Shown: positions 23,993 through 36,900 of the stretch, in pieces | Numbering within the stretch: position 1 is the first letter of the stretch | Layout of the letters: every line of letters starts with the position of its first letter | NCBI GenBank assembly: GCA_030704615.1 | Contig: CM060732.1 | Location: 42,346,001 to 42,410,000 of the forward strand | Reading direction: 5' to 3' | Origin: Takakia lepidozioides | Taxonomy: Eukaryota > Plantae > Bryophyta | DNA: 64,000 nt | Position numbers and translations under genes: made by a program | The notes under the pieces: generated by a model | Seen by the model: the letters and a program-made list of their open reading frames with translations, nothing else | Database searches by the model: none | What the model was told of the DNA's origin: nothing

Positions 23993-25978
23993 CTAACAAT
24001 GTATCCAGCTAAAAGAGTTCATATTGCGCTGCAAAAGCTGTTCTTTCATTTTCTCATCATCTTGCACACATGAATCATCCTGGGGCAGCAACAAGCCTTG
24101 CTTCAATTTTCCGAGATGACGGGAAAACATGACTTGTTGGGAAGTGGCTAGAATCCTTGATTTCTGATACTCATCCAAAGCAGAACCTACTCCCCCAGGC
24201 CCCCACTTTGCTATCAACTCCCCCAGTATGGATGCATCTGTGATAGACATGTTAGTGCTTCGGAGACCATGAGGTGAAGTGGGGTGAGCTGCCTCACCCA
24301 CTAAAACAACCTGTCCCCAGACAAACTGGGTGAGTGGTACTCGATCGAAAATTGCGTTGACAAATGGATCCTTGGTTGCTTGCATCAATGCGGCAAGCTC
24401 TGGTGGCCACGTCCGAGCTGCTGCCTTGTACATTGCTGCTACTGCCCTCTCATCAGCTTTCACTGTCACTGACTTGCCCTGCACACAACAATACCAGAAG
24501 GCTGAGAGATAGGGTGGAGAAAGCAGAAGAGAATGCAAGAGAGAGAGACACAGACATTGGGTATACAAAAAAAGTGTAGCGACGGATGAGTCACCTTCAA
24601 TGGAGGCTCAGGCTGGTTGATATACCATAGCCAATTCAACTTGTGATTCGGCAACTCATACAACACTGAATGTGTGCCCTGCGCAATGTCGAAATAGAGG
24701 CAGCTCCCCAACTCTGGATATGCAGTCCTGACTGCTGCTGCCACTTCACTGCTTGGCTCTTTGGAGCAGTCCAACACTCCCCTCCATGCACAATACCCGC
24801 AGTACCTGCTGAGCTAGCATTGTGAGAGAGACTGACGGCAGTGCCAATGTCGGGACTGGCAGTAAAGCACGTAGTTTCTGGCTTAAATCCCTATTCAACG
24901 GTGCTAAGGGGGAGGTCCTATTGGAATTCCTCATACCTGCTCAGTAGACACAGGGGCCAGCATAACCCCTGGGCTCACACATACAGAGCCATTGATAGAT
25001 GAACTCATCTGCGCAGAGAAGAACCCACACAAAGTTACGCACTGTTCGTTGGTGTGGATACAAGGAAATGAAGTTACCTTCTCTTCTCGTTTGGAACGAA
25101 CCGCTCCCGGGTTTGAGACATGGACCCATCAGCAGCCACCATGAAATCAGCCTCCCACTCCTTAGTATTCTGTGACTTGCCCTCTACCACCACATTCACT
25201 TTCACCCCTTTGTTCCCATCAGAGCCCTCAATCTCTTCGAAAGAGATCACTTCATGCCCCAAATGCACTATTCCTGCAGGGAGGGCATCATATAGGATCC
25301 GGTGCAGATCACTCCAGTGGGCAGCCCGGTGGTCATAACCTTCATCTCTGGAGACAATCTGCTCCATCTTCCTCTCACTATCAATTGCTCGATTCTGCAC
25401 AAACAAATTTTTCATCACTTGCATTATAACCATGAACTTCAAATGATTTGCTTCCCTGCACATCAACTCAGGATCTGGTAGTCCAACTTTTCTCTGTGCA
25501 GATCTCAGGTGGGTGTCAGAAACAGGAAACAGGGAGAGAAGATGACAGGATGGAGACAGAACAAAAACACCAGGCATTCTTAAAGAGGGTTCAAGGATAA
25601 CACAGGTTGAACGAAAGATGAGGAGAAAAGGGAGGCCAGGTGACATAGGATTTCCTAATTTGCTGGCATGTGTGCGTGTGTCGAGACAGAAAAAGAGAGA
25701 TGCAAAGTTGAAAGCTCATCAGGCAAATCTCTAAGCCCACTAACCTCCTCTGCACGTAGTGGCAGGGACTGGGTGGTGAGGGCATCCCCAAGACCCCATT
25801 GTTCAAGAGCTCTGCATGCTTCAGGGTCCAGACCGAGGCCTGCTCCCGCAGCCGACACCGAGCGCGCCCTTTCCAGCACCACCACTTTGCACCATCCTAC
25901 TTTCAGCAGCGCGTGCGCACACGAAAGTCCAGCTATGCTACCCCCAACCACCACCACTGTCATCTTCGTCACCGTCAT
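23993..25978 (-). CDS. FAD-dependent monooxygenase (group A flavoprotein, dihydroxypyridine/6-hydroxynicotinate monooxygenase-like), ~415 aa
   Basis: Exons 25978-25745, 25394-25078, 24805-24595 and 24478-23993 (GT-AG, 1248 nt). Motifs VVGGSIAGL (Rossmann), VAADG, GYCAWRG and VLVGEAAHP. Confidence 0.92.
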
Positions 25979-27411
25979 ACCCCTACAACACAGACCTCTT
26001 TCTGAGCTGCTGGGGATGATGTAGCTACCCGTGAACCAATTAAACTAATTTCTAGAGAGAACTGACAAAGTCGAATTGCGATGGGAAAGCTTGACAGTGT
26101 CTGTCTGCCTCTTCCCTCTACTTCCCTCACCCTTCTACACAAGTGCACTTTCCAGGGCCGAAACTACGTATCGTCTCCCTTAATTTGAGACGTCCCTTCT
26201 TAAGGCAAGTGAATCAGCTCAATTGCAGCTGAACTCATTTCATCCCATCTGCCCAAAGTCAGGATGCGTAAATCTAACAACTGTCTACAAATTTTGGGTG
26301 AGAGGGAGTTGCTAGTTACAACAGGGGCAGATCAAGATTCACGAGGTGGTCGGGGGACGCCATTGTGGTGGACTGTGGATGGCGCCTCGGATTCAAGCCA
26401 TGACATGGCATCCCCTCCTATTCAAACAACGATCCCAGAGACAAGATGCTTCCGCTGATTCTTCCTGGAATGCAACTCTTCCCCCGAAAGCACAACAATC
26501 TAAAAATGGACACACTTCTCTGTGACATTTCTAAACTTCTTGGGCAAGCTCACGGCTGCTATCGAACGCACCCTTCAAGTACAGGCCCGATGCGGTGTCG
26601 CTATCGAGCCCAGAGCAGATCCTGCACGTCTTCCCTAGATATTCAATCGGGACAGAATAGGTGTCAAGATTCTAAGGGCGCGGGTTGATGACTATCATCT
26701 TCTTCAGACTTGCCCACACAGATATACTGCATCGTGGATTCCATCCCACATGTAGAACTGTATCAGGATGAACATGTTTTTTCGTTTGTGTTTTACAAAG
26801 GGGAGGAAGCCCTTTAAATCGCATAAAAGTTTAACCTTGTGAGCACCATGAAGCAATGCAGAGGACGGTTGGCTAGAGAGAAGATCCTAACTGATAACTT
26901 AGCTGCAAAGAAGAGGATATTATGAAGGAAAGACCAAGGGTCAGCCATGGCCAACTCCAACAGGAAGCTTTAAGCAAGACAACAACTTGCTATGTAGCAA
27001 GCCTAAAATTCCTGTCTAACCAATCCGAGAGCAACATGTCTATAGTACATAGTATATAGGTTCATAACTGAATTGGTGAAGTGATCTCCAAAGGCAACAT
27101 TCTTTTTTTTCTTTTTCGTTTTTTTTTTTTTTTTATGAACACGGGGATTGTAGTCCTGTAGAGCTTTATTAAAAGAGGTAAGGAAAAAATAAGGAAAAAT
27201 AACCTTACAAAGAGCCATAAGGCGGAGGACCGAGATTCCACTCCGAGCCAACAAGTCTAGGAAAGGGAGGAGATAAAATGGAAATGAAGTAGCTATGAGA
27301 ATGAACCATAGCAGCAGCTAATGCTATGGTTACTAATGCTAATATTCAAATGTAAATATTGTTGATATGGTCCTCCTTTCAGAATTACACTCAGATGTAC
27401 CTACTCTGACT

Positions 27412-28528
27412 TTTACACCGTAAGCTGGATATGATAAAAATGCAGAAACATTTGATGGAATCCAGCATATGTGACATATTCTACAATACCATACAATGGA
27501 CATAGGTAGTTTTTCAACTACTACTTCATCTATGTCCTCTAACAAACGAAGATGTGGTGCAGTGATCTCTAAAGGCAACATTCAAATCTAACATCTCATC
27601 ATGCAAAAAAAAAAAACTTTGTTGATGTCATCGTAGGGAGAATGATACCTCACACTTCGTCATATTAATACACTCACTACTACGTTTAAGGGGTGTTAGC
27701 GACGCAAGGACCCCGGACGCGCCGACCCTCCTGCGACTGTAGCGTCGCAAAAGCGTCCGGCCAGGGACTTGCGACGTCGGGGCGTCTTGCGATGCCATGC
27801 CGTTGCCGGTAAGGGGCCTGACCTTATTCCCCCCCCCAATGCACTAGGGGGTTGCGACGTCCTGACGTCGCAACAATTTGCTGCGACACCCCCGGGATGT
27901 TGCGACGCCGGGGAATCGCAACGAGGCGTCGCAGCCCAGCGACGCTTTTGCGACAGCCGGGCGCTCCTGCGACGGCGGGGAATCGCAATGCCCAACGGAA
28001 AAAAAAAAAAAAAAAAAAAAAACCGTTTTTTTTTTTTTTTTTAAAGTGATTCCCCGCCGTCACAGGGGCGCCCGCCGTCGCAAATGCGCGGCTGGGGCTG
28101 CAGCACTACGATTCCCCGACATCTTGGGGGCGTCGCGAAAAATTGATTGCGGAAGTAGATTGTAGAGTATAATGGGTTTGGCATCCTCAGACTATAGCCA
28201 TTGTCCAATAATAAGTTACAATGCAGCTTTGCAAAACTTAGCGACGTCTCTGCGACTTCCCGACGTCGCGAAATGCCCCTGGCGCGCCCCGGGCGCCGTA
28301 GAGTATTTCCGTCGCTAATCGCGGCGGTTGGAGGTTGCTGGGGCATCGCTAACCCCCCCAAACGTAGTAGTGACTTATGCAGAGAGGCTCAAGTATACTA
28401 ATGTACCATAAGCTGGATATGATAAAAATGAACATTATTTCAGAAATATTTGATGGAATCAAACATACGTGACGTATTACTCATTCTACAATACCAGACA
28501 ATGCATATAGTTCTTCAACTCCTTCATC
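27412..28528. repeat. Diverged ~120-bp direct repeat on either side of the CACTA element
   Basis: ~27412-27530 and ~28402-28528 share TAAGCTGGATATGATAAAAATG...ATTTGATGGAATC...ATTCTACAATACCA. Confidence 0.8.
27675..28372. mobile_element. Non-autonomous CACTA (En/Spm) element, 698 bp
   Basis: Termini CACTACTACGTTT ... AAACGTAGTAGTG; 3-bp TSD ACT (27672-27674 and 28373-28375); many GCGACG/CGTCGC subterminal motifs; GC-rich. Confidence 0.95.
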
Positions 28529-30299
28529 CATGACAAATGAAAATGTGGTTGCATCATGGTAAAGCCAAATGGTGAAGAAACATCCCAACCTTTGTACATT
28601 TTTATCATTGACTAGTATATTAATCAACTGCCAAACCACCATTTTAAAATGCAAGTGCGAGAAAGTTACGTTCCACCTCCTTTCATTGGAAAAAAAACTA
28701 GTGCTAAACACAAATCCATTACCAAAAAAAAAAAAAGCTTTACAATTTCAACTTGTACATCGTAGCACCTCAACCCAACTATGCAAGAAATTTACCTCCA
28801 ATGTCTTCAGTCATATATTGTCCATCGCGAGGTCCTTCCTTAAAGAACCGTCTTCTTTTAACCAAAACTATCATACAAACAAGTTTCTTTGTCACATTCC
28901 AAGAATTGCCCACCACTCCCTATCTCGTGTCATTCATCCACTTTTCCGGAAGATACCACAGATTATTCCGTTACAAAGTTCACGATCTACCTCAACAAGT
29001 CATCATCAGTCTCTCTTCTTCATTCTTTCTCTTCTCTTTCCTGGGCTCACTATCCTCGGTCAACAATCTACACCACAAAATTCTTCTTAAAGGCTTATAT
29101 TACAATTCTCTAACTGTATGAGAGAATTTGCGTGGAATTTTCGCAGAGCAAGCAAAGCTTAAGTGTGTGGGTGTGGGGGTATGATGTGAAAGAAGTTTCG
29201 GTGAGTTTCAAAGTCTAGGTTTGTCGGAATGCGCGCATTTGAAAAGGTTTTCGATTGTATTTCTTGATGCAAGCTTTAGTAGGTTTGTTTGTGTGTGTAT
29301 ATGAGCTGACAAGAAGAAGAGATAGATACTTAAAGAGTGCAAGGGCGCCGAAGCTAAGGTCGGCATACTACTCTACCTTCCTTTCAGTTTCCATTTCGCT
29401 CGTTTCCTTTGTATGGGTTCCGGTACGTTCCATATGTACTTGAGCCTCAAACTCTCTTCTGGTCACATTTTTGGGTAACATTGATAAACTCTTGCACTAT
29501 TTGCTCTTAACATCTTCAAATCACAACCTTTTCCTTCTTCACATCTTTTGCAAATTGAGTAGGATAGTATTTTCAGCTACAGCTTTATTCTCCCAAGATA
29601 AAGTTCTCTACACAATCCAAGGCTCATGGGAGAACAACTACCTATGTTTGTTGTAATATCGGTGCCCTTGCAAAGTTTTAGGTGAATCCACTACAAGTTC
29701 ATGTAAAATGATCATAACAAAACAATTCATAAATGTCACTCACATCTTTGAAATTGGATCACTATACAATTTATCTTTCATAGTATTATTTTCTCAACAT
29801 TGCAGGTCTTTGGTTTCTATGGGCTTGTTTTTCTACTTCTGTCCTCCGGGGTTTTAGGCCCAGTGCAGATCAGTGTTGAGCGGGTATTGAATTTTTATTT
29901 ATCCTCAGGGTGAAGGCAACCTGAATATTGAGAAAAACTTGACCTGTCGGGTTAGGGTATAACCGGGTACTCTCAAAATATATAATGTTTTTTTTTTAAA
30001 GAAAACACATGGGAGCGACAGCTCACAAATCAGGCCCCTTAATAGTGAGAGGAGAAAATAACCTCTTTCACAGTAACCCGCCATGAGGCATAGGAATGGG
30101 GCACCACCAGGAAGATAATTTGGTATTATCTGCCAAACAATATATGAATCAAGACATTTGTTTTGTTTTGTTTTGTTTTGTCACGTTGAGATGTCCCAAA
30201 CCGCGGCCCCAGCGCTGGTGCTTGGTGCCGTTGGAAAGCCCTCGACGAGGAGGGGTGCACGGGCATGGTCTCATGATTTTTGGACTGCGGCGGTGTGGG

Positions 30300-30870
30300 A
30301 GATGTGGAATTTCAAGTACTTTGGGCCATTGGAAATTCGGGAAAAATAGCAAAGTGGGCATTCCCGGGACAATGGTTGGAGAGATATATCATTAATGATT
30401 TGATGTATTACTACTCAAAAAAATAGCAAATTGGGCTTTCTTGGGACAATGATTGGATTACTCAATAAATTGAAGCTACCGTATGAGGGGATATGGAATT
30501 TCAAGTACTTTTGGTTGCTAGAAATTCTTGCTACTCAATAGATTCATGGAAAACAACAAATTGGTTTTTTCAGTCGAATTTCAAGTACTTTTGGTTGCTG
30601 GAAATTCGTGAAAAAATAGCAAATTGGGCTTTCTTCGGACAATGATTGGATTACTCAATAAATTCACGGAAAACAATAAATTGAAGCTACCCTATGAGGA
30701 GATATGGAATTTCAAGTACTTTTGGTTGCTGGAAATTCTTGCTACTCGATAAATTTATGGAAAACAACAAATTGGTTTTTTCAGTCGAATTTCAAGTACT
30801 TTGGTTGCTGGAAATTCATGAAAAATATCAATAAAGATAGGATGTATTACTACTCATTAAATTCATGGAA
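30300..30870. repeat. Tandem repeats (core GAATTTCAAGTACTTTTGGTTGCTGGAAATTC x5, ~210-bp higher-order unit), probably TE-subterminal
   Basis: Cores near 30306, 30495, 30576, 30706 and 30787. Confidence 0.8.
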
Positions 30871-31072
30871 AGGAAATTAATCAGGCCTTGACATGGGAGA
30901 TGTACTTCTAGATACGTAGGAGATTGCACACTAGGCTTGGATGGGCCTCGACATGGGAGAAGCACATGGAAGATGCATTTTGATACATAAAGTGTATTCT
31001 AGGAGACACACTTAAATCACTTGTGCTAAGATTGGTGATTCGGTCGCTGTAATTGTTATTTTTTTAAATGCA

Positions 31073-31410
31073 GTGACCGCCATTAGTGGCGGTCGTTTTT
31101 TTTTGTTTTTTAATATATATTTTGTAATTGCAGCGACCGCCGTTACTGGCGGTCGCTTTTATTTTAATTATTTTGGAAATGGAACGACCGTCATTACTGG
31201 CGGTTGCCGCAATTGTTTTTTTTTGTAAATGCAACGACCGCCACTAGTGGCGATCGCTTTTATTTCAATTTTGTTGGAAATGGAACGACCGCCATTACTG
31301 GCGGTCACTTAAATTCTTAATGTCACTGTAAATGTAGCGACCGCCAATGCTGGCGGTCGCTTATTTATTTTATTTTCGGAAAATGGAGCGACCACCAAGT
31401 GGGCGGTCGC
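31073..31410. repeat. Array of seven ~24-bp palindromes (GCGACCGCCA-nnnn-TGGCGGTCGC) with T-rich spacers, ~50-bp period
   Basis: Copies near 31073, 31133, 31184, 31234, 31285, 31337 and 31388. Confidence 0.92.
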
Positions 31411-31788
31411 TTCTAGAAGGTTTGCCCTGCGCGTGGCCCGAAGAATTGGGGGGGGGGGGGGGGGCGGCATATAAGCCAAGGGAGGCTCATTCTCCCCTCA
31501 CTTCCTCTTCACACAACTTCTATGTGCGTGACATTTCATTATTCCACGACACGTAGTCACGTGGAGAAGGAGGCCATTAGTTGGGTGGGGGGTATTTTTT
31601 GCCGCGATTTCTATGAGGTCGTTGCAAAATGCTTCCATAGGCCCTCCTCTGGCTTCCAGGATCATTTTATTTTACAAAATTAGTTTTTAGAAACTATTCT
31701 GATACCTACTCAAACTCGTTTAGAGTGAAGGGTTTAGAGTTACGTCTTATTAGTAAACCTCGTTTAGTGTTGCTTCGATTGTTGCAGA

Positions 31789-32340
31789 ATGACAGAGGGC
31801 CAAGACGATGAGCGTCATAGAAGAAATGACCCCAATGAACATGAACCGCCCCCTAAGAAAATCAAAGGGTCAAGACAAGACTTGAATTGAGAAGTATATG
31901 GTGACCTTAGCATACTAGCACAAGAAGGTTGGGAGGATGTTCCGGAAGAGTTCAAGTGGCCGATGGCGAGATGCAAAAAATTCGTGAAGTGGTACCACAT
32001 CAAATCGATTGTGGCATTTAGATAGGCATGACGTGCAAACCCGAAACAATTACGCAGAGTCCAGGTCTTGCACGAACTTGCATTTCCAACATAGGGTGAA
32101 TGAGGTGTATTGCACATTGTGGGGTCAACCTCTCTTAAAGGGCCAAATCCCGTACACCTTGGCAGTCATGTTGTACGTGGAGGTCATACTGTTGCGTCCA
32201 GTGAACTGACGAACTGCTAGTAGGAAGCACGCAATGATGCTATACGATTTGGAGTACATCCCGGACACGTTTGGAACACAACCGGCTGCAACGTTAGAGG
32301 AACAATTGGCGGAAAGAGACTAGCGAATCAAGACCTTGCA
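31789..32340 (+). pseudogene. Degenerate ORF truncated by the LTR insertion; possibly the 5' part of the RING gene at 38862
   Basis: MTEGQDDERHRRNDPNEHEPPPKKIKG... with stops, and ...TLEEQLAERD*RIKTL ending at the LTR boundary. Confidence 0.4.
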
Positions 32341-33059
32341 TGTCATGCAGCTCACTTCGGTAAGCTCCCCTTTAAGTCAAAGTTACTCGCTTTGATGCGC
32401 GCGTCTAACTCCCAAACTGGCCGTCGGGCCAACTCGGAGCTGCTCACCGGGACATAACGGTCCCCCTTTGTTCCTCCAAAAGACCCTCCACCAATTTGGG
32501 CCTAGTGGAAATTCCCTTTGGTAGATGGCAGTCCGGAATAGCTCCCCACTCCTTGGTCGCTTTCCGGCTCGCTCGCTCACTTACTAGTTTTTGGTCACCA
32601 ACGGGCTTGCACCGTTCTCGGGGTTACTACTCCCTATATATACTTCTTTGACTGTCCGCGGGGGTTCCACAGACAACACCATCCTTTTATGGCAAACCAC
32701 CACGAAGACCCTCGATTTCCGGTGATGAGTCGCGGTGAGTCTTGACCCACCCACCACGGCCCCATTGGACCGTGATGAGTCCCAAGACTCCCCAGGACTC
32801 CCACCACAAGGTCTCCACCCCATGGTGAGTCCTATGTCACCCGCACTAAGACCCACTAAGCTACCACCACCCCTGGTGGACCCACCCCCACCACAACCCG
32901 GTGTGCGGGGCTCCACCTAGTGAGCGCCTCCGCCTCCTTGAGTGCCTTGGGCACTCAAAGGTGCTTCAGCCCCCGCATCTATTGTTGCCACTGCCCCCAC
33001 CACAGGGGCAGCCCCTCTTGTGTCCCGACCCCCTCCCCTCAAGGCAAAGGGCCGCGACA
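32341..33059 (-). repeat. LTR (3' LTR of the Gypsy element)
   Basis: TGTCATGC...GCGACA termini; aligns end-to-end with 40018-40729; adjacent PPT. Confidence 0.9.
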
Positions 33060-33963
33060 CACCCCCCTACCAACAGGGAGTCGATGTCCTCATCGACTTG
33101 TCCATTTTGTAAAACGAACATCCAAGTTGTGGCGTCCCACATCAAGGAGTTTGTTTCCGCACCATGGCGTCCCATGGCAAAGAACCAAACCCCACACTTG
33201 ACTCTACTCTCCACTAGCTAGTTCAGCCGACTTCCTCCAAGTCCCAGCCAAGGGTGGAGCCTCTCAAGCTCCACCCAGTGCACTCTTCTTGGCCCACTTC
33301 AAGGCCAAGGAACGATCCTCTCTGAAGATCGAATCGCCTTACTGCAACAACATTGCTTGCGACCGCTCATGATTCCGCTTTTGGCATCACCTTGAGCAAG
33401 GGTTCATCTTGAACCCTTTTTACTGGGAAGATAACTTTGAACCAACCGTGCGCCCCAATCACTACAATTAGGTCCGCCTTGGAATGCTGGCCTGAGGTAC
33501 GGGAACACGCCGAAGCCGCACTACGACTTCGTCCCGAGGCTACACGATTATAGTACGTGAACGGAAGCACGTAGCTTCCGCGTTAGCCCGCACTACAAGG
33601 CAACCCCCTCGGTAGCGCAGTTATAGTACGCGCACACGCCAGGTGTGCACTAGCATGTGAACTCCCAAAGAAGGCGCAAGTTTCTTTGTCCCTTTGGATG
33701 GGAATCACCCGATTTCGGCACTACGCAAACACACAATTAATCCAATTTACCTCTCTCACTTTTGTAAGCTAGCATGCATTCGACACACTAGCCAAACAAA
33801 CCATGCATCACCATTCCAAACAAAATATGATGCACAACATTTGGAAACCATTTCATTTATAACAAAATTTGTACAATACAAGTTTTTGCAATCGGATTCC
33901 TGAGCTAGCTAAGCTGGGCTAAGCATGCATTTCCTCCCCCACGCTCCAAGGTTGATGTCCCCA

Positions 33964-36900
33964 TCAACGTTTCTTCCGCTTTTGAGGTCGCCCTTCGAAA
34001 GCTGCAACCGCCTCGGATGCATTTCTCATTTCTGAGGCACGTACCCAAGATGCCTCCACATGATGATAGCCCTTCCATTTCACGAGATACTCCGTTTCTC
34101 GACTCTTGAACCTCCTCGACTTAAGCACTGCCTCTACCTCGTACTCAGGTTCATTTTCATGATCCAACAGCACGGGTGGCGGACGCAACACTTGATGCCG
34201 ATTCGGACGCGTTTCATCTTTGAAGTAAGGCTTCAAAAAAAAGACGTGGAATACCAGATACACCTTGCTGTTTGCCGGCAGCTCCAATTCATACACGACC
34301 TCATTCTTAACCTTCCGAATGCGAAAGAGTCTCGCATACGGAGGTACGAACTTTGGACTCACTTCCGGAGGTAGTCGGAAATTCTTGATGTTCAACCAGA
34401 CCTCCGTGCCTGCCTCAAACTTAACTTCCCTCCGCTTCCGGTTTGCCTGCTGTTCATACCGTTTCCTAGCTTTGGCAATGTTGTACTTTGCGAGCTTCAA
34501 CAAACGCTCACGTTCTTTCAGCACCACCGCTGCTGCCGGTTCCTCAACGTCCTGGGTGGCCCAACTTGTCGGCACTAGAGGTGTTTTTCCATAGACCAAT
34601 ACGAAAAGGAAAACTCCCGTTGCGGAGTGTTTTATATTATTATAACAGAACTCTGCCGCATCCAAGTGCTCCACCCAGTCCGATTGGTCTGCTGACACGT
34701 AATTCCGCAAGATCTGCTTCACCACGGAATTCACCCTTTCCGTTTGGATGTCTGTTGTAGGTCGGGAGGCGGTGCTCATCTTAAGCCTCGTCCCTATTTT
34801 CTTCCAAAGTGCCCTCCAAAATTTACTTATAAACTTTGGATCGCAGTCGAGACAATACCCTTCGGGAGTCCATGATGCTTGAAGACGTGGGCGAAGTAAA
34901 GTCGCATCGTCTCCTGCGTCGTTGCCATCTCCTTGGTGGGGATGAAATGGCCCATTTTACTGAACTTATCCACCACCACCATGATTGCATCGAATCCTTT
35001 TGACAGCGGCATAGCAGTCATGAAATCCATCGAGACACTTTCCCAAGACCCCTCTGGAATTGGTAAGGGTTGTAACAACCCCGCTTGCTTTTTGTACTCG
35101 CTCTGGTTTTGTTGGCATGTGGTGCATGTCTTGACATACTCCTCGGCCTCCTCCCTCAATTTGGGCCAAAAATACTCTTTCTTCAAGAGTGCCGCGGTGC
35201 GTTTGGCTCCGTCGTGGCCCGCAAGCGGGCCATCATGGCATTCTCTCAAAAGACTATCTCTGATCCCTCCCTTCGACACGTAGAGACGCTTTTGTTTGTA
35301 CCGGAGCAGTCCATTTTGCAAGTGGAAACGATTTAACCCCCATCCTCAAGTCCCGTATCACGGACTTCGCCATCTCATCCTTCCGGTAAGCCTTCCGGAT
35401 CTTCCTGTGGAGCGCTGTCTCGCCCTTGTACACCAACATGAGCTGCTGTTTTCTACTTAAAGCATCGGCCACCACATTGTCTCTCCCAGTTTATACTGGA
35501 TATCCACGTCGAACAGTGCCAAAGTGTCTCGTCACCTAATTTGTTTTGGGGACAACTTAGGCTGCGTGGCAAAATACTTCACCGTGACATTGTCCGTGAA
35601 CACCTTCACCGGTTGGAACCCACATAATGGCGCCAAAGCTCAAGGAAATTCACCACCGCCTTCATTTCCTTCTCGTGCGTAGGCCACCGTCGCTCCACTT
35701 CATTAAGTTTCTTACTTTCGTAAGCCACTGAACGTCCATCTTGCATGAGTACACCCCCAATTGCGAAGTCCGACGCATCCGTATGAATTTCAAATGGACG
35801 GTCGAACTCCGGGATTTTGAGGACTGGAGCTTCCGCCATCCGCTGCTTCAACTCGGCAAAAGCTTGGCCACAAAAGGTGTTCCATACCCAGACTTTGGAT
35901 TTACACAGAAGGTTTGACAGCGGCCCCGCGATCTTGGCAAAATTTCTCACATACTTCCGGTAATAGGAGGCGAGTCCTAGGAAGGATCGCACTCCCGGGA
36001 CCGAAGTCGGAGGCTCCCAATCCAAGATCGCTCTCACATTTCTGTCATCCATTTTGATCCCATCCTGTGTAATCACATGCCCTAGGAACTCCACTTTTGT
36101 GACCCCGAATTCGCACTTTGAAGCTTTGGCATACAGCTTCCCTTCCCGCAATTTTTGGAACACCCTTTTTAGGTGCTTCAGGTGCTCTTCTTTTGTTTTC
36201 GAGTACACCAAGATATTGTCGATGTACACGATCATAAAGTCATCCAACCACTCCTAGAAAAGGCTGTTCATTAGCGTGCTAAAGGTCGCGGGTGCGTTGG
36301 TGAGCCCAAAAGGCATCACCAAGAACTCGTACGAACCATATCTTGTCCTGCACGCGGTCTTCTCCTCATCTCTTTCCGCCACTCGGATCTGATGATATCC
36401 GGAGCACAAATCGATCTGGCTAAAATACTTCGCTCTTGCCGATTGACGACCTCGCAAAAACTGGGGCTCGTGTGGCTCCTTCACGGCCCACTCATTTGCT
36501 GTCAGCAGGTTTATTCGCCCTCCCACTGGGTTGGGCATTTCCGACACTCGTAAAATTCGCCACCATTCCCACACGGTAGCGTGACTACTCTCTTGCGGCC
36601 ATCTATGACCGCTCCGGACTTGCCCAAAAAGGTCATCCCCAAAATGAGATCCACTCCATCAATCTCGCAAATGGTGAAGTTCTCACGTCCCTCCCAACTC
36701 CCCAGCTGAAGAGGAACATCGAACGCCAACCTCGTCGCCAATTGTGGTTTTCTTTTGGCATAACGCACTTCAATGGAGGCCCCCACATCACTTGTCGGGA
36801 GCCCCAGCTTCCATGCCGTTGCCGGTGTCATGAAGGAGTGTGACGCTCCTATGTCCACCAACAACGACACGTTAGTTCCGGAGATTATCCCACTCACAAA

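Noticed and set aside
24280-24300. GEAAH instead of GDAAH in the monooxygenase
   Set aside because: To my recollection this variant is normal in this plant subfamily, and the gene is otherwise intact.
27696-28401. Several overlapping ORFs
   Set aside because: By-products of the GC-rich CACTA MITE and its homopolymer runs.
31073-31410. CRISPR-like array of palindromic repeats with spacers
   Set aside because: Eukaryotic context, no cas genes, degenerate repeats, and spacers that are low-complexity and similar to each other.
32715-32800. Hammerhead ribozyme in the LTR (TGATGAGTC motifs)
   Set aside because: The core reads GTGATGA rather than CTGATGA, and no properly placed GAAA or stems were found.
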